A DNA stretch of 64,000 nt from an uncultured Chloroflexia bacterium (GTDB lineage: Bacteria; Chloroflexota; Anaerolineae; CG2-30-64-16): contig CAWEMM010000006.1 in assembly GCA_963810095.1 (NCBI GenBank), positions 1,536,001 to 1,600,000 on the forward strand, given 5' to 3'. The notes under the pieces were generated by a model. That model did no database searches. It worked only from the letters and a program-made list of their open reading frames with translations, and was not told where the DNA came from. This document shows positions 10,337 through 20,412 of this stretch, in pieces. The stretch's first letter is position 1, and each line of letters opens with the position of its first letter. The translations under genes and the position numbers were made by a program.

Positions 10337-10410
10337 ATCGCAAAGTGGAAGGGACGCGCCGTAGGGCGAGCTAAAGCTCACCCTACAACGAGTCCTTTCC
10401 ACTTTGCGAT
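10337..10410. repeat. GTAG-type REP-like palindrome nested in a longer inverted repeat; possible terminator
   Basis: ATCGCAAAGTGGAAGGGAC...GTAGGGCGAGCTAAAGCTCACCCTAC...GTCCTTTCCACTTTGCGAT, just downstream of the esterase stop. Confidence 0.7.
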
Positions 10411-10414
10411 TGGT

Positions 10415-11149
10415 TTAGAGGCCCAGGTGATGGAGGAAATAAGGCATTTGGCGGCGCCACCACGGCCAGTCATGGCTCACGTCGTGGCCCCACACGTCGA
10501 TCCAGGCCGAGAGGCCTTTTTCCTGCAGGATGCCTTCGAGCGCGTGCGCGTCGGCCAGCATGTCTTCGTCCCACGGGCCCTGGCCCGCGCAGACGATGAT
10601 CTGGCTGCGACGATAGCGGTCGATGTACCAGGGGTCGGAGAGACCCGGCAGGTAATAGAGGGGCGTATTGAAGAAGACCGTGTCGTCGGCAGCGTCGCCG
10701 ACGAACATGCGCAGCTGCAAGAGGCCGCTGAGACAGATCATGGTGTCGAAGACGTCGGGATGTCGGAAGAAGAAGTTGGCGGCATGGTAGCCGCCCATGC
10801 TGCACCCGGTCGTGCCCATCCCGCCCGCCCAACCCCGGCTGCGGGCGAAGGGAATCACTTCGTCGATGACATAGCGGTCGTAATCATTGTGCCGGCGGCC
10901 GCGGTCGGCGGGGTGCAGGTTCCAGTTGCACCAGGATTGGTTGTCGATGCTGTCGATGGCGACCAAGGTGATGCGGCCGGCGTCGATGGAGGGGCGGCAG
11001 GCTTCCACCATGCCGAAGTCCTCGTACTCGTAAAACCGTCCGCCCTGCGCGGGAAACACGATAAAGGGTTTGCCGCCATGCCCGTAGACCTTTAGCTCCA
11101 TGTCCTGTGACAGGTTGGGGCTCCACCACTTGCAGTATTCGACGTTCAT
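10415..11149 (-). CDS. Putative esterase, alpha/beta hydrolase (COG4947-like)
   Basis: MNVEYCKWWSPNL...VYGHGGKPFIVFP...GCSMGGYH (GxSxG)...DVWGHDVSHDWPWW; start overlaps the upstream stop. Confidence 0.88.
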   Translation of the reverse strand: MNVEYCKWWSPNLSQDMELKVYGHGGKPFIVFPAQGGRFYEYEDFGMVEACRPSIDAGRITLVAIDSIDNQSWCNWNLHPADRGRRHNDYDRYVIDEVIPFARSRGWAGGMGTTGCSMGGYHAANFFFRHPDVFDTMICLSGLLQLRMFVGDAADDTVFFNTPLYYLPGLSDPWYIDRYRRSQIIVCAGQGPWDEDMLADAHALEGILQEKGLSAWIDVWGHDVSHDWPWWRRQMPYFLHHLGL

Positions 11150-12309
11150 TCGGCCAGCTCCTGGATGTAGTGGGCGGCGGCCAGCATTTCGTCCTTGTCG
11201 GGAGTGCGGACGAGGTAGGTGTAGTTGCCCATAGCGAGGCTGAAGACCGGGCTGACGGGCTCGTGGTGCGCGATGCAATAGCCGAACGCGGCCAGAATTT
11301 CTTCGTGGCCGTGGGCATAGTTCTTGTTGTCCTTCCGGCCCACGTAGCAGCAGTAGTACTTGCGGGTGTAGTGGTCGACGAAGCGGTTGTTGACGACGAC
11401 GTTCGCCCAGCCCCAATACAGGTCGACCTCGGCCGCATAATTGTAGACGTCGAGCGCCGCGCCCCCGGGCGGCCGGATGTTGACCTCCAGCGCAATCAGG
11501 CGGCCCTCGGCCGTACGGAAGAACTCAAAATGGAAGAAGCGCTCGCGCACGTCGAACTCTTTCAGCAGGCGGCGCCCCGCTTCTTCCAGGTCGGGCGCAA
11601 TGTCGCGCTGGGCGTAGAAGTAGACGTGGTTATCCGAGTTGACGACCTCCATGATGCCGTCGCTGTAGACGAGCGAGCCGAAGAAAACCGGCTGCCCGTC
11701 GCGATCGGCCAGGCCGTCGAACGTGTGAATTGTGCCCCGGACGTACTCCTCCATGATGTATTCGACGGGCGGCTTCGTGGCGAAGAAGCGTTCGAGGCCC
11801 GCGACGTCTTCGATGCAGAAGGTGTTAGCCGCGCCCACGCCGATATCGGGCTTCGCTACGACCGGGAAGCCGGTCTCGACGATCAGGGCGAGCGCCTGGC
11901 CCAGGCTGTCCACCACTTCGCCCCGGGCCGCGGGCACGCCAGCGCGCTGGAACGCCGCTTTCATCAGCGACTTCCGCTTGTATTCGGCGATCTGATTGAG
12001 GTCGGGGCCGGGGACGTTGAAGTCGGTGCGGAGGCGTGCCTCGGTTTCCATCCAGTACTCCGAGTGCGCGTCGATGCGGTTGATGCGACCGTGCCGGTGG
12101 GTGAAGTAGCCGCACGCCCGCAGCAATTCCTCGTAAGCGTGCATGTCGCCGACGCGATAGTACTCGCTCAGGGACTCGCGCAGCTCCTGGCGCAGCAACT
12201 CGTAGGGCTCGTCGCCCAGCCCGAGCACGTTGACGCCCAGCCGGGAGAGGTGTACGGCGAAAAGATAGTAATTCGGCGGAAAGTGAGGCGATAGATAGAC
12301 GTAGTTCAT
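11146..12309 (-). CDS. ATP-grasp domain protein
   Basis: MNYVYLSPHFP, SEYWMETEA, KSLMK, VAKPDIGVGA, MEEYV, FFHFEFF, LEVNIRPPGG. Confidence 0.88.
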   Translation of the reverse strand: MNYVYLSPHFPPNYYLFAVHLSRLGVNVLGLGDEPYELLRQELRESLSEYYRVGDMHAYEELLRACGYFTHRHGRINRIDAHSEYWMETEARLRTDFNVPGPDLNQIAEYKRKSLMKAAFQRAGVPAARGEVVDSLGQALALIVETGFPVVAKPDIGVGAANTFCIEDVAGLERFFATKPPVEYIMEEYVRGTIHTFDGLADRDGQPVFFGSLVYSDGIMEVVNSDNHVYFYAQRDIAPDLEEAGRRLLKEFDVRERFFHFEFFRTAEGRLIALEVNIRPPGGAALDVYNYAAEVDLYWGWANVVVNNRFVDHYTRKYYCCYVGRKDNKNYAHGHEEILAAFGYCIAHHEPVSPVFSLAMGNYTYLVRTPDKDEMLAAAHYIQELAE

Positions 12310-12357
12310 AAGATCCTCTGCAACCACTAGAGGTTTGCGTGTGTGGGAAGCAGGGCA

Positions 12358-12386
12358 ATTGTACTGTCCTTGCGAGGCCGTGTCAA
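12358..12386 (-). promoter_or_regulatory. Sigma70-type promoter for the ATP-grasp/esterase operon
   Basis: Minus strand TTGACA, 17 nt, TACAAT. Confidence 0.7.
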
Positions 12387-12458
12387 CGCGCCCTGCCGCT
12401 TCTGGAAGGGAAGGGTGAGCGCGCGCGGTATAATGGCTCGGTGCAGGAGGGGGCCGGC

Positions 12459-13139
12459 ATGACTACAGCCTCGACAGAAGATTTGCCGGGATGGGCCGCC
12501 GCGATCTACGAGCGGCTGACACTCGCCTACGGGCAGCCGACCTGGCGGCCGTATTACCGCCCGATCGACGAGTTGGTGCTCACGTTCCTCAGCCAGAACA
12601 CGAGCGACCTGAACTCGGGCCGTGCGTTTGCTGCGCTGAAAGCGCGTTATCCCGACTGGCAGGCGGTGCTCGACGCGCCCACGGAGGAGCTGGCAGAGAC
12701 AATCCGTTCGGGGGGCCTGGCCTACCAGAAGGCGCCGAAGATCCAGAAGGCGCTGCGACGCATCCAGGAGGAGCGCGGGGCGTTCGACATCGACTTCCTC
12801 GCCGACCTGCCCGTCGACGAGGCGATGCGCTGGCTGACGTCGTTCGACGGTGTCGGGCACAAAACCGCGTCGATCGTCATGTTGTTCTGCTTCGGCCGGG
12901 CGGCGTTCCCGGTGGACACGCACGTGGGGCGGGTAACGCGACGGCTAGGGCTGGCGGGCCCGAAGGACAACGAGGAGAAGATCAAGGGCCTGTGGGAGCG
13001 GCTGACGCCGGCCGAGTGGTACTATGCCCTGCATCTGAACTTGATCCGGCACGGGCGGGAGGTGTGCCATGCCGGCCGGCCCGAGTGCGGAAAGTGCGTG
13101 TTGATGGATCTCTGCCGGTTTCCAGATAAGACGGCATGA
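12459..13139 (+). CDS. nth: Endonuclease III family HhH-GPD DNA glycosylase
   Basis: LSQNTSD, GVGHKTA, FPVDTHVGRV, C-terminal 4Fe-4S motif CHAGRPECGKCVLMDLC; AGGAGG RBS; TATAAT at 12429. Confidence 0.85.
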   Translation: MTTASTEDLPGWAAAIYERLTLAYGQPTWRPYYRPIDELVLTFLSQNTSDLNSGRAFAALKARYPDWQAVLDAPTEELAETIRSGGLAYQKAPKIQKALRRIQEERGAFDIDFLADLPVDEAMRWLTSFDGVGHKTASIVMLFCFGRAAFPVDTHVGRVTRRLGLAGPKDNEEKIKGLWERLTPAEWYYALHLNLIRHGREVCHAGRPECGKCVLMDLCRFPDKTA

Positions 13140-13186
13140 GGCGAGGGCGGGCTGGCCCTGCCTCCCCGGCTTAGGGGTTTTCACGC

Positions 13187-13490
13187 TTCTGGCAGGGGCC
13201 GGCCGGCCCCTGCCAACCCCGCCTCGGGGGCAAGGCCCCCGAGACCCCCAATTGCTACGCTCCTGGCGGGGCGCGAGCCGCGCTTCGCCCAAGCCTCCAG
13301 GCGTCAGGGGACTAACAGTTGCGCGTCGCACACAATGAGGATCCAGGGAATCCGTAACTGCCGGTCCACTGCCAGTTACGAGCGACATGCGTTCTCGGCG
13401 GAAGCTCTGCGCCCCCTTAAGCGTTTGGGGGTCGAGGGGGCGCAGCCCCTCGTCGGGGTGTTGGGGCCGGACGGCCCCAACAGAAGAAAA
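13187..13490. repeat. Two inverted copies of the double-hairpin element bracketing ~170 bp
   Basis: 13187-13251 and 13424-13490 share hairpin-ACCCCG-hairpin-ACCCCCAA architecture with different but paired stems; extra single hairpin at 13508-13531. Confidence 0.65.
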
Positions 13491-13617
13491 CTGATGCAGC
13501 GATGCGGCGGCGGGGGCAAGCTGCCCCCGCCAAAAGAAACTCCTGAAGCGGACGTGCCGGGGCCAGCCTGCCCCCAAACAGCAGCAACTCCGGTCACACG
13601 GCTCGCGGCGCGACGCC

Positions 13618-14989
13618 CTACGCCAGGGGGTGCCGGGCCACCATCTCCTGCGCCAAGGCGTTGTGCCGCGCCACCACGGGTTCCAGGTCGATCCCGACCA
13701 GCTTGGCATCTGCTACCACCTGCCGGCCGTTGATGAAACTCAGGTCCACACCGTGCGGTGGGCACAGCAGCAGCGCGGCGACGGGGTCGTGGATCGCGCC
13801 GCCCGCCATCTCGAGCCGGTTGAGCTTCACGCCGATGAAATCTGCCGCCCTGCCGGGGGCCAACTGCCCGATGTCCTCCCGGTTCAGCACTGCGGCCGAG
13901 CCGACCGTGCCGAGCGACAGCGCGTCCATGACGGTGAACGCAGCCGCGCCCTTGGTGACCCGCTGGAGCAAGAGCGCGTTGCGCGCCTCGCCGATCACAT
14001 TGCACGTGTCATTCGACGCCGACCCGTCCACTGCCAGCCCGACCTTGACGCCCGCGTCGCGCATCTCGCGAATCTTTGCGATGCCCGAGCCGAGGCGCAT
14101 GTTGGAAGACGGGCAGTGCGCCACCCCGGTGCGCGTCTCTGCCAGCATCCTGACTTCGGCGTCGCTGAGCCAGATGGCATGTGCCCACCACACGTCGGGC
14201 CCCACCCAGCCAACCCGCTCCATGTAGGCGGCCGGCCGTGCGCCGAACCGGTCGATGCAGAACTGCTCTTCGTCTTGCGTCTCGGCCACGTGGGTATGCA
14301 GCAGCACGTTGTCGTACGTGCGCGCGAGTTTCGCCGCCTCGATCATCAGGTCGGTCGTTACGGAGAAGGGCGAGCAGGGCGCCAAGCCGATGCGTACCAT
14401 CGCATACGGGTTCGGATCATGGAACTGCTCGATGACCCGCTGGCAGTCTTTGAGGATGGCGTCCTCTTCCTGCACGACGTGATCCGGCGGCAGCCCGCCC
14501 TTCGAGCGGCCGAGGCTCATCGACCCACGGGTCGGCTGGAATCGCATGCCCAGGTCCTGCGCCGCCTTGATCTCAGCGTCGATGCTGCAATCGTTCGGGT
14601 AAAGGTAGAGGTGGTCGGTGGTGGTGGTGCAGCCGGTGAGGATCATTTCCGCCATGCCGATGAACGCCGAGGTGTAGACCGCCTCCTGCGTCATCTCGCC
14701 CCAGATAGGGTACAGGCGGACGAGCCAGTCGAACAACTCGGCGTCGTTGGCGCCCGGCACGGCCCGAGTGAGCGTCTGGTACAGGTGGTGGTGCGTGTTG
14801 ATCAGGCCGGGCGCGACGATCATGCCGCGGGCGTCGACGACGCCGGTCCGCTTCCTGCGGCAGTTGATCGGACTCGCCGACCTGCTCGATCACGTTGTCG
14901 CGAATAAAGAGACCGCCGCCGCGGATGGGCGGTTGGCCGGGGGCCATGGTGAGCAGGACGTCGGCGTTCTTAACTAACAGCGTTGTCAT
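13618..14989 (-). CDS. 8-oxoguanine deaminase / amidohydrolase, frameshift near 14845
   Basis: MTTLLVKNADVLLTM N-terminus joined to PGLINTHHHLYQTLTR, DHLYLYP, RGSMSLG, LAPCSPFSV, HTHVAET, AHCPSSNMRLGSG, AVDGSASND. Confidence 0.9.
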
Positions 14990-15060
14990 GGGGCGCCTCG
15001 CAAACGGTGAAATGGAGGTTGTTCGGCCGAATAGTACGGGGAAAGCCCGTGAACGTCAAC

Positions 15061-17929
15061 TTACCTGCCCGAAAGCTGCTGCTCCGCGGCGGCCTGCGCC
15101 TCTTTCAGCGCAGCCGGCACCGGTTGTCCGCCGTCCACGATGCGGCTGAGCGCCTGGCTCAACTGCTCGCTCACGAGATACTCTTCGGGACGCAGCGGCG
15201 CGGGACGCTGCGCATGCTCGAGTGCATACCCGATCGCGTCGCGCGTCGTGGTCGCCGGGCAGTTGCATGTCGTGTTCGAGTTGCCGGCGAGGCGGCAGAC
15301 CGGTGAAGTGAGCCTCGTCCGCCGCCGGGTGCGCCTGGAGGTAGAGCAGCCATTCCCAAGCTGCTTGAGGATGCGGCGTGCCTGCGCTGATGGCGAACGC
15401 GTCGTAATAGTCGAGCGGCGTCGTGGCGCCTGACCCTGGCCCAATTGGGAAGGGGACCAGGCCGATGCCTGCCCGCCGAAGGCTGTCCAGGCCCTTCAGG
15501 TCGAGTGGCGCGATCCACATGGCAGCGTCGCTCGCCCAGCCCGTCGCAGGGGGAAGAACGCCATCGGTGACCAGCTTTGCGTATCCGGCCGTTCCCATCA
15601 CAACTCTTGACCTATCCAATGCCGGCGCGGGCGGGACCGTCGTGTAGTCGACCAGCGGGCCGGTGCGGCTCTTCAGAAGCTGCAAGCCGTTGCCAATCGC
15701 CTCGCTCAGCCCCCACCAGCCTTGGGTGCTGTCGGTCTTCAGCACCACTGCGCGCACCGTACGGTCGAAGTCATCCCATGTCCAACCGGGCTGCGGGTAA
15801 GCCACGCCCATCTGGTCGAACATCCAGCTATTGTAGTGGATCAACTGCAGGCCGATACGGCCGGGAAGCGCGAACGCACGGCCGCGCCATTGGAGTCCTT
15901 CCAGGGTGTTCGGATAGTAATCGTTTGTAGGGAGCGATTTCTCGATCAGGGGCGTCAGGTCGTACAAAATGCCTTGCACCCGCCCGCTCCGTACCAGCTC
16001 TGGTACTTGTTCGTTGGCCATCGCGTCGACCCGGCCCGCCATGACGCGCATCTGGTTCCAAAGGATCTCGGTTCCTGAATGGCTGGGAAGCAGATCTTCG
16101 CTCGCCACGACTTTGATGCGGATGCCGGGATTCGCTTCAGTAAAGCCCGTTGCTGCCTCCTCGTAGGCGGCGCGCTGGTCCCGCGGGGCTGCGAACGTAA
16201 GGGTGAACTGCTCGGACGCCTCGACCGCCTTGCCGGCCCGCGCACCCGCGGTAATCAAGGCGGACAGGCTCGTCTGCCCTCGCACAAGGGACACCAGGGC
16301 GTTCCAGAGCTGCTGCGAGCCGTCGAGGTCCGAGAGCGGCGGCCAGTCGCCGAGGTGTTCGAGCGCGTACGCGTAGGCGTCGTGGTCTTCGGCGGCGACG
16401 GTTTTGAAGAAAGCCTGCAGCTGGGGCACCGAACGGCGGGCCGGAACGGCGCTCCCGTCACCGGCCGGCAGGTTCGTCGACATGTAGGCCACCCAGCGCC
16501 ACGCGGCATCTACGTACTGCGCCTCCGAGCTGATAGCCCAGCCATCAACCGGGCCAAGCGGCGTGGTTTTGTCAAATGCCCGGGCGACCGGGAACGGGAC
16601 TGCGCGTCCGGGAGCCGGCGACAGCCCCGTCGGCCCATCCGTCCACATCGCGAAACGGCCCTGGCGCACCTGGTCCTCGTAGTCCGAGTGGGGGTTATCG
16701 GCACTCGAGCGCTGGACCGGCGCAGCCCGCGCCTGCACGTAGAACGCGTCGGCCCAGCGGAACAGCTCCAGCACATTGCCGTTCTGGAGCGGATTACCCC
16801 CTGCCAAGCCCGGCTCGAACTGGTGCGCGGCGATAGCGCTCCAGAAGCGAGCAAGCAGCAGGTTTCCGTCCCCCTGGCCGAACCCCCAGCGCCGGGTGTT
16901 GGTGCCGTCGCGGCGCGTCAGCGCTGCGGCGGTGTTCAGCAGGTCATCCCAGGACCACCCGGGATGCGGCTCGCGCAACCCCGCCGTCCGGAAAGCATCG
17001 GGATCGTACCGGATCAGCAGCGGGCGAAAGGTGGCAGGGATGAGTGCCAGGGCGCCGTCTTCTGCCCCTTGCTTGAGCACCTCGGGGTAGAACTGGTCGA
17101 CGGCAAACGTCTCGTCGAGCCGGGCCAGCGGGGCCAGGTTCCGCACGAGCCCTTCGCGCAGCAAGTGCTTGTCCCCGTCGCCTGCGCAGAACACGTCGCT
17201 GCCGCCTGCGATGGCGGCCATGGTGTCGCTGTGCGACTGTCCCGCCAGATTTCCGGTTCGATTCTGCCACTCCTGGACGGCCCGCTCCCACGTAATGAAC
17301 TTGACCGTTACATCCGGGTTCGCCTTCGCGAAGGATTGGGCCAAGGCACGGTACTCTGGCGAGGCTATCACTGCTTCGTCGCATGCGAACGTGATCGTGA
17401 CATGCCCGCTTGCGTCGATGGTGAGAGGGGCCTCTGTAGGTGGAACGGGCAGAATGCGATTCCGGACCGCCTCGGTGGCTTGAGGTGCGGGCGTCTCGAC
17501 GCTCACGGGCCTGCGGCTGGGCCTGTCTTGTCCGCGCATCCCGATCCAGAGCGAGCCCATGAACAGAAGGGCAAGCGCCAGGGGCACCAGCATCCGCTGC
17601 CAGCGGCGCGGCCGAGTGCGCTCCTCGGGCGTTTCGTCAGTGGACGCGGGCTTACCCGTCGCCCGCCCAATGGATGGGGATAGCAGGCGCGGGTTAGGGT
17701 GCGATGGGTGTGGCGGCGCGGGCGGGACGGCGGGTGCCTGCGCGGGGGGCTCGACGGGCCTCGCCGGCGCGGCTCCGGCGTCCCGGGCGGCAAGCTGCTC
17801 CGCACATTCAGGGCATTGGGCCAGGTGCGCGTCGACTTCGCTCCGCTCGTCGGGCGGCAGGTAGTCGTAATGCGCCAACAGCGCCTGGATCTGGACGTGG
17901 GTTCTCATCTCGGCGTGCGTCCTCGTCAT
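15061..17929 (-). CDS. zf-HC2 anti-sigma-like domain + TM helix + two sugar-type extracellular solute-binding domains; frameshift near 15250
   Basis: EVDAHLAQCPECAEQL; TM LVPLALALLFMGSLWI; two SBP_bac_1-like repeats (F..ANP.v.ik, L.PL, Y....F...G...P..GWtWDD, AW.W..Y); probable true C-terminus in ORF 15061..15444. Confidence 0.75.
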
Positions 17930-17941
17930 CCGCTCGTCACA

Positions 17942-17993
17942 ACTTTACTCGCGGCCCCAGCCCGTGTCAATGCACTGTGCTTACAATGCACTG
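17942..17993 (-). promoter_or_regulatory. Sigma70-type promoter with an overlapping 10-bp direct repeat
   Basis: Minus strand TTGACA (17970-17965), 17 nt, TAAAGT (17947-17942); CAATGCACTG at 17968 and 17984. Confidence 0.6.
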
Positions 17994-18146
17994 AGCCTAA
18001 AAGTACACAAGCACAAATCCGTGCGGCCAAACCTTTACAGATTAGTGCTTTTCATGTAAAATTCGCTACACGGCGCGAGCCAGACCCCACTTGCCAGCGG
18101 TGTCACACGCCTTAACCAGAGAGCGAGTCGCGCCGATGGAGACGCC

Positions 18147-19670
18147 ATGCAGCGCAACATAGTTGCGCGCAACATAGTTGCGCAGAATTACATCGCCGGT
18201 CAGTGGGTAGATGCGCTGTCCGGCGAAACTTTCGCATCGACCAATCCGGCAAATGGGCAGTTGATCGGCGAAGCGCCTAAGGGTGGGCGTGAGGACGTTG
18301 AAAAGGCAGTTGCAGCAGCGGCAGAGGCTTTCGCGAAGTGGCGAAAGGTGCCGGCCCCCAAACGCGGTGAGTTGTTATTCCGGGTGGCGCGGCTGCTGGA
18401 ACAGAATAAAGAACGCCTGGCGCAGTTGCTCACGCGTGAGATGGGCAAGGTGCTTCCCGAGGCGCGCGGCGACGTGCAAGAGGCCATCGACATGGCCTAC
18501 TACATGGGCGGTGAGGGCCGGCGCTTGTTCGGTTACACGGCGCCGGTGGAGCTGCCCGACAAGTTCGGCATGGCCTTGCGCGATCCCGTTGGGGTGGTCG
18601 CGGTAGTTACCCCGTGGAACTTCCCCATTGCGATCCCGAGTTGGAAGATCCTGCCCGCGCTCGTGGCCGGCAACACGGTCGTCTTTAAGCCCGCCTCCGA
18701 TACCCCCATCCTGGCGATCGAGTTCGTGCGTCTTTTCGAGGAGGCTGGGTTGCCCCCCGGCGTACTGAACATCGTGACCGGTCCGGGCAGCGCGGTTGGC
18801 GAGGCGTTGGTAGCGCACCCGGCCGTCAAGGTGGTCACCTTCACGGGCAGCACCGAGGCGGGGAAGCGCGTCGCTGCGCTGGCCGCGCCAACGCTGAAGA
18901 AGGTGTGCCTGGAACTGGGCGGCAAGAACGCGGTCATCGTGATGGATGATGCGGACCTGGACCTGGCACTCGACGGCATCCTGTGGTCGGCTTTCGGCAC
19001 GACGGGGCAGCGCTGCACCGCTTGCTCGCGGGTGATCGTGCAGGGGGGCGTGCACCGGGAGTTGGTGGAGCGGTTGGTAGCCCGGGCCGAAAAGCTGCGG
19101 CTGGGCGATGGGCTGCTCGAGACGACGGACGTGGGTCCGATCATCAACCGCCGGGCGCTCGAGGGCATTCACGAGTATGTCGGCATTGGCCGGGCCGAGG
19201 GCGCGGTGCTGGCCACGGGTGGGGAGGTCGCCGCGGACGGCGAGCTGGCGAAAGGCAACTTCTACCGCCCGACGATCTTCGACGAAGTGCGGCCGGGCAT
19301 GCGGATGGCACAGGAAGAGATCTTCGGCCCGGTGCTGAGCGTGCTCGAGGCTGCCGATTTGCAGGATGCCATCCGTATCAACAATGAGACGGCGTACGGC
19401 CTGTCGAGCTCGCTCTTTACAAGCAATGTCAATGCGGCTTTCGAGTCGATTCGTGACCTGAGCACCGGAATCGTGTACATCAATGCCGGGACGATCGGCG
19501 CCGAAATACAATTCCCGTTCGGCGGCACCCGGGGCACCGGCAACGGGCACCGCGAGGCCGGCCAGGCCGCGTTCGAAGTGTTCACGGAGTGGAAGTCGGT
19601 CTACGTGGATTACAGCGGCCGGCTGCAGCGGGCGCAGATCGACACGGATGACCTGGTGGACCTGGCGTGA
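18147..19670 (+). CDS. Aldehyde dehydrogenase family protein
   Basis: TPWNFP, FKPA, FTGSTEAG, LELGGKN, GQRCTA, EEIFGPV, YGLSS, PFGG. Confidence 0.95.
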   Translation: MQRNIVARNIVAQNYIAGQWVDALSGETFASTNPANGQLIGEAPKGGREDVEKAVAAAAEAFAKWRKVPAPKRGELLFRVARLLEQNKERLAQLLTREMGKVLPEARGDVQEAIDMAYYMGGEGRRLFGYTAPVELPDKFGMALRDPVGVVAVVTPWNFPIAIPSWKILPALVAGNTVVFKPASDTPILAIEFVRLFEEAGLPPGVLNIVTGPGSAVGEALVAHPAVKVVTFTGSTEAGKRVAALAAPTLKKVCLELGGKNAVIVMDDADLDLALDGILWSAFGTTGQRCTACSRVIVQGGVHRELVERLVARAEKLRLGDGLLETTDVGPIINRRALEGIHEYVGIGRAEGAVLATGGEVAADGELAKGNFYRPTIFDEVRPGMRMAQEEIFGPVLSVLEAADLQDAIRINNETAYGLSSSLFTSNVNAAFESIRDLSTGIVYINAGTIGAEIQFPFGGTRGTGNGHREAGQAAFEVFTEWKSVYVDYSGRLQRAQIDTDDLVDLA

Positions 19671-19918
19671 ACCGGCGCACTCTGCTGCGCAGCATCTTGA
19701 GCGGATCGAAGAACGTCAGGTTCGGCGACATGGTAGGGCTTGTCGAGGGCTTTGGTTTCCGCTTTGATCGGCAAAACGGCAGCCATCACATTTTCGTTCA
19801 CCCTGACATACCCGAGTTGATCAATCTGCAGAATGTGGATGGCAAGGTGAAACCGTACCAGGTTCGTCAGCTCTTGAAGCTTGTAGAGAAGTACAACCTG
19901 GTGCTGGAGGACGCATGA
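19667..19918 (+). CDS. hicA: HicA-family toxin
   Basis: GF...RQNGSHHIFVHP...NLQ...GKVKPYQVRQ; GTG start overlaps the ALDH stop. Confidence 0.88.
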   Translation: MNRRTLLRSILSGSKNVRFGDMVGLVEGFGFRFDRQNGSHHIFVHPDIPELINLQNVDGKVKPYQVRQLLKLVEKYNLVLEDA

Positions 19919-20142
19919 CTCAGAACTACCACATTAACGTCTTTTATAGTGAAGAAGATGAAGGCTGGATCGCGGATATCCCTGATCTCGAGATGTGTGC
20001 AGCTTTCGGTCATACGCCAGTCGAGGCCTTGCAGGAACTGGAGCGGGCAAAGACAGCCTGGCTGGAATCTGCGGCGTCTAACGGGCGTCCCATACCACAG
20101 CCGCGCTACCGGCCGGCTATTTATCAGACATTGGCGGCTTAG
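19915..20142 (+). CDS. hicB: HicB-family antitoxin (short form)
   Basis: YSEEDEGWIADIPDL..C.AFG.TP.EAL......W...A...GRPIP.P. Confidence 0.88.
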   Translation: MTQNYHINVFYSEEDEGWIADIPDLEMCAAFGHTPVEALQELERAKTAWLESAASNGRPIPQPRYRPAIYQTLAA

Positions 20143-20165
20143 CTAATTCGAGAAAGGCACGATAT

Positions 20166-20381
20166 ATGACAGACATGCCCACGCCGACAGTCATGCGGGA
20201 TTCGGAAATCAGCCAAATGAAGCAGGTGACCGTCCGCGAGGACGACGACATCGCCAAGGTCAACGACCTCCTGACGGAAGGTTGGCGGGTGCTCAGCATC
20301 GGGCAACGCAGCGACGCGACCGTTTACGTGCTGGGCCGCACCGGCGAAAAGCAGCGCACTCGTACGGGGTTTTTGCCCTGA
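20166..20381 (+). CDS. Small hypothetical protein
   Basis: 71-aa ORF, AAAGG RBS, host-like codon use; VNDLLTEGWRVL. Confidence 0.6.
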   Translation: MTDMPTPTVMRDSEISQMKQVTVREDDDIAKVNDLLTEGWRVLSIGQRSDATVYVLGRTGEKQRTRTGFLP

Positions 20382-20412
20382 ACCAAGTTTTTCTTAGGAG
20401 GAAGTGCTCCTT

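Noticed and set aside
12459-14989. nth and 8-oxoguanine deaminase as an oxidative-damage module
   Set aside because: Convergent, separately promoted and separated by repeats; adjacency is probably incidental
18152-18185. 15-bp tandem duplication at the ALDH 5' end (RNIVA twice)
   Set aside because: In-frame micro-duplication in a variable N-terminus with no evidence of function
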